Below, one piece after another: positions 61,879-64,000 of a stretch of 64,000 nucleotides of DNA. The DNA comes from Candidatus Aminicenantes bacterium (GTDB lineage: Bacteria > Acidobacteriota > Aminicenantia > Aminicenantales > Saccharicenantaceae). The DNA lies in contig JAXDAV010000075.1 of the NCBI GenBank assembly GCA_034679465.1, positions 12,912-76,911 of the forward strand, in the 5' to 3' direction. Each line of letters begins with the position of its first letter. Position 1 is the first letter of the stretch. The notes beneath the pieces were generated by a model. The model saw only the letters and a program-made list of their open reading frames with translations. It ran no database searches and was not told the origin of the DNA. The position numbers were made by a program, and so were the translations under genes.

Positions 61879-61898
61879 CGGCGGCCCGGGTCTATGAT
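61869..61898 (+). promoter_or_regulatory. promoter for the GH5 gene, with -35 supplied by the repeat
   Basis: TTGACA (61869-61874, inside the repeat), 18-nt spacer, TATGAT (61893-61898). Confidence 0.55.
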
Positions 61899-61930
61899 GC
61901 TCCCATCCGAACGCGGAGGGAGTACATGCC

Positions 61931-63232
61931 ATGCCCAAGACCGTCCTCCTCGCGCTCCTTTTCGGCCTGACCGCCTGGGGTTGCCGGGGCGACAGGGCGC
62001 CGGCCCCGGGGGACGCGGGCGCAAAGGACCCCGCCAACGCTCCGTCAGCGGCCGCCTTCGTCACGGTCAAAGACGGCAAGTTCGTGCTGGCCGGGAAGCC
62101 TCACTCCTTCGTCGGGGCCAACTTCTGGCAGGGGATGAACCTCGGCGTCGATGGGCCGAGCGGCGACCGGGAACGGCTTCGGCGTGAGCTCGACCGCCTG
62201 CGCGATCTCGGCCTCACCAACCTCCGGGTCATGGCCTCCTCCGAGGGGCCGAACAGCGAGCCCTACCGGATGGTCCCGGCCCTGATGACCTCGCCGGGCG
62301 AGTACGACGGCAGCGTCCTGGACGGCCTCGATTTCCTGTTAGCCGAGATGGCCGCGCGCGGGATGCGGGCCGTCATGGTCCTCAACAACTTCTGGCAGTG
62401 GTCGGGCGGCATGGCCCAGTACGTTTCCTGGCACGAGAAGACGCCCATCCCATACCCGGGGGATTACGAAAGGTTCATCGCCTACGCGGCCAGGTTCTAC
62501 GCCTACCCGGAATGCCAGGGCTGGTTCCGCGACCACATCGCCATGCTCGTCGGGCGGACCAACCCCTACACCGGCCTCAAGTACCGGGACGACCCGGCGG
62601 TGTTCTCCTGGGAGCTCGCGAACGAGCCTCGCCGCTACCCCCAGAGCTGGATCGACGACACGTCCGCCTACATCAAGTCCCTCGACCCGAACCACATGGT
62701 CACGACGGGCTCGGAAGGCGCCCCTCCCGGCGAACCGACCCAGGATTTCGTCGAGACCCACAGCGCCCCGGGCATCGACTACGTCACCATCCACATCTGG
62801 CCCCAGAACTGGGGCTGGTACGACCCGAAGCGCCCGGCCACCTACAAGACGGCCGAGCCGCGGGCCGTCGCCTATTTCGAGAAGCACGCGAAAGAAGCGT
62901 CGGCCATGGGCAAGCCTCTCGTCCTCGAGGAGTTCGGCCTGGCCCGGGACTGGGCGACCCGGAAAAACAATCTCGATCCGGCTTCGACGACGGCCAACAA
63001 GGACCTTTACTACGCAGCCCTCTACAAGCTCGTCGAGGACTCGATCGCCTCTGGCGGCCCGGCCAGGGGCGACAACTTCTGGGCCTGGGCGGGCGAAGCG
63101 AGGCCGGGTCTGTCCTGGGTCGGCGACCCGCCCCACGAGCCGGCCGGCTGGTACTCCGTCTACGACGCCGACGCCTCGACCCTGGCCGTCATCGCCGGGC
63201 ACGCGAAGAAGATCGCGTCGGCGGGCCGATAG
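61931..63232 (+). CDS. GH5 beta-mannanase/mannosidase-like lipoprotein
   Basis: Lipobox AWGC; NNFWQWSGGM, WELANEPR (acid/base), HIWPQNWGW, LEEFG (nucleophile), GDPPHE. Confidence 0.85.
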   Translation: MPKTVLLALLFGLTAWGCRGDRAPAPGDAGAKDPANAPSAAAFVTVKDGKFVLAGKPHSFVGANFWQGMNLGVDGPSGDRERLRRELDRLRDLGLTNLRVMASSEGPNSEPYRMVPALMTSPGEYDGSVLDGLDFLLAEMAARGMRAVMVLNNFWQWSGGMAQYVSWHEKTPIPYPGDYERFIAYAARFYAYPECQGWFRDHIAMLVGRTNPYTGLKYRDDPAVFSWELANEPRRYPQSWIDDTSAYIKSLDPNHMVTTGSEGAPPGEPTQDFVETHSAPGIDYVTIHIWPQNWGWYDPKRPATYKTAEPRAVAYFEKHAKEASAMGKPLVLEEFGLARDWATRKNNLDPASTTANKDLYYAALYKLVEDSIASGGPARGDNFWAWAGEARPGLSWVGDPPHEPAGWYSVYDADASTLAVIAGHAKKIASAGR

Positions 63233-63250
63233 GCGGCGGGAGGGGCGAGC

Positions 63251-64000
63251 ATGCGCATCATCGTGGCCTCCGATTGGGCGCCCATCCGGGCCTTCGAACC
63301 GGTCGTGTCTCGGGACGCCGTTGCCGTCTACGGGGACCTGCTGCCGGCCCTGCGCCGGGCCGACCTCAGGATCGTCAATTGCGAATGCGCGCTCACCGCG
63401 GCCCGCAGGCCCGTCTGGAAGAGCGGCGCGGTTTTCAAGGGGCTCCCGGCCCACGTCAAGGGCCTGACCGCGGTCCCGTTCGAAGTGGCGACGCTCGCCA
63501 ACAACCACGTCTTCGATTACGGCCTGGCCGGCTTCCGGGAGACGCTCGACGTCCTCCGCCGGAACGGCGTCAGGACGGTCGGCGCGGGGATGACCTTGGA
63601 TGAGGCCACGTCCCCGCTGAGACTGAGCGTCGAGGGCGCGCGGCTCACGATCGTCAATTTCGGCGAAGGCGAGGACCTCACCGCCTCCCGGGGCGGCCCG
63701 GGCGTCTGCGGCTGGGAGATCGAACGGCTGGCCGGGCACATCCGCAAGGCCAAGAAGCGCGGCGACTTCGTCGTCGCCATCGGCCACGCCGGCCTCGAGT
63801 ACATCCCCTTCCCGCCGCCGTATGTCGTCGCGGCCTTCCGGGCCCTGTCGGACGCCGGGGCCGATGTCGTCGTCGGCCATCACCCGCACGTCCCGCAGGG
63901 CCTCGAGACGCGCCGCGGCCGGCTCATCGCCTACAGCCTGGGGAACTTCGCCTTTTTCCAGCCGCCCGAGCTTCATTACCGGCGGACAGGCTTCTGCCTC
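63251..64000 (+). CDS. CapA/PGA_cap-family metallophosphatase, 3'-truncated, not in the ORF track
   Basis: Hand translation MRIIVASD...VNCE...LANNHVFDYG...GHHPHVPQG...YSLGNF; no stop before the window end. Confidence 0.82.
   Translation, partial: MRIIVASDWAPIRAFEPVVSRDAVAVYGDLLPALRRADLRIVNCECALTAARRPVWKSGAVFKGLPAHVKGLTAVPFEVATLANNHVFDYGLAGFRETLDVLRRNGVRTVGAGMTLDEATSPLRLSVEGARLTIVNFGEGEDLTASRGGPGVCGWEIERLAGHIRKAKKRGDFVVAIGHAGLEYIPFPPPYVVAAFRALSDAGADVVVGHHPHVPQGLETRRGRLIAYSLGNFAFFQPPELHYRRTGFCL

Noticed and set aside
62339-63976. 545-aa minus-strand ORF at the window end
   Set aside because: Antisense shadow of the GH5 and CapA-family genes on the plus strand.

Overview
High-GC bacterial chromosome segment. 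It is probably Acidobacteriota and plausibly Aminicenantia/OP8, an inference from the Cys-rich RpoB insertion and the gene repertoire. Positions 1.3-33.0 kb hold the core transcription/translation supercluster: five tRNAs, rpmG, secE, nusG, rplKAJL, rpoBC, the str operon, and the S10, spc and alpha operons through rplQ. Positions 33-64 kb hold housekeeping and accessory genes: a peptidoglycan-recycling trio, galE, a CCA-adding enzyme, a C1 peptidase, tsaC, metG, folE, larC, mtnP, a PfkB kinase, tnaA, trpB2, a deaminase, GH109, an ABC-2 exporter, a low-GC beta-propeller gene, a GH5 mannanase and a CapA-family gene. Four signals stand out. (1) A ~227-bp palindromic REPIN/MITE-like element has its right end duplicated as an exact 59-bp direct repeat around a low-GC 6-bladed beta-propeller gene, and each copy supplies a TTGACA -35 box. 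(2) Related GGGGACA palindromes recur in intergenic DNA. (3) An unannotated Trp-containing leader peptide with a near-consensus promoter lies upstream of trpB2. (4) EF-Tu switch I and the EF-G domain IV loops are divergent. No CRISPR array, rRNA, integrase or transposase was seen. All calls come from reading the sequence; no searches were run.
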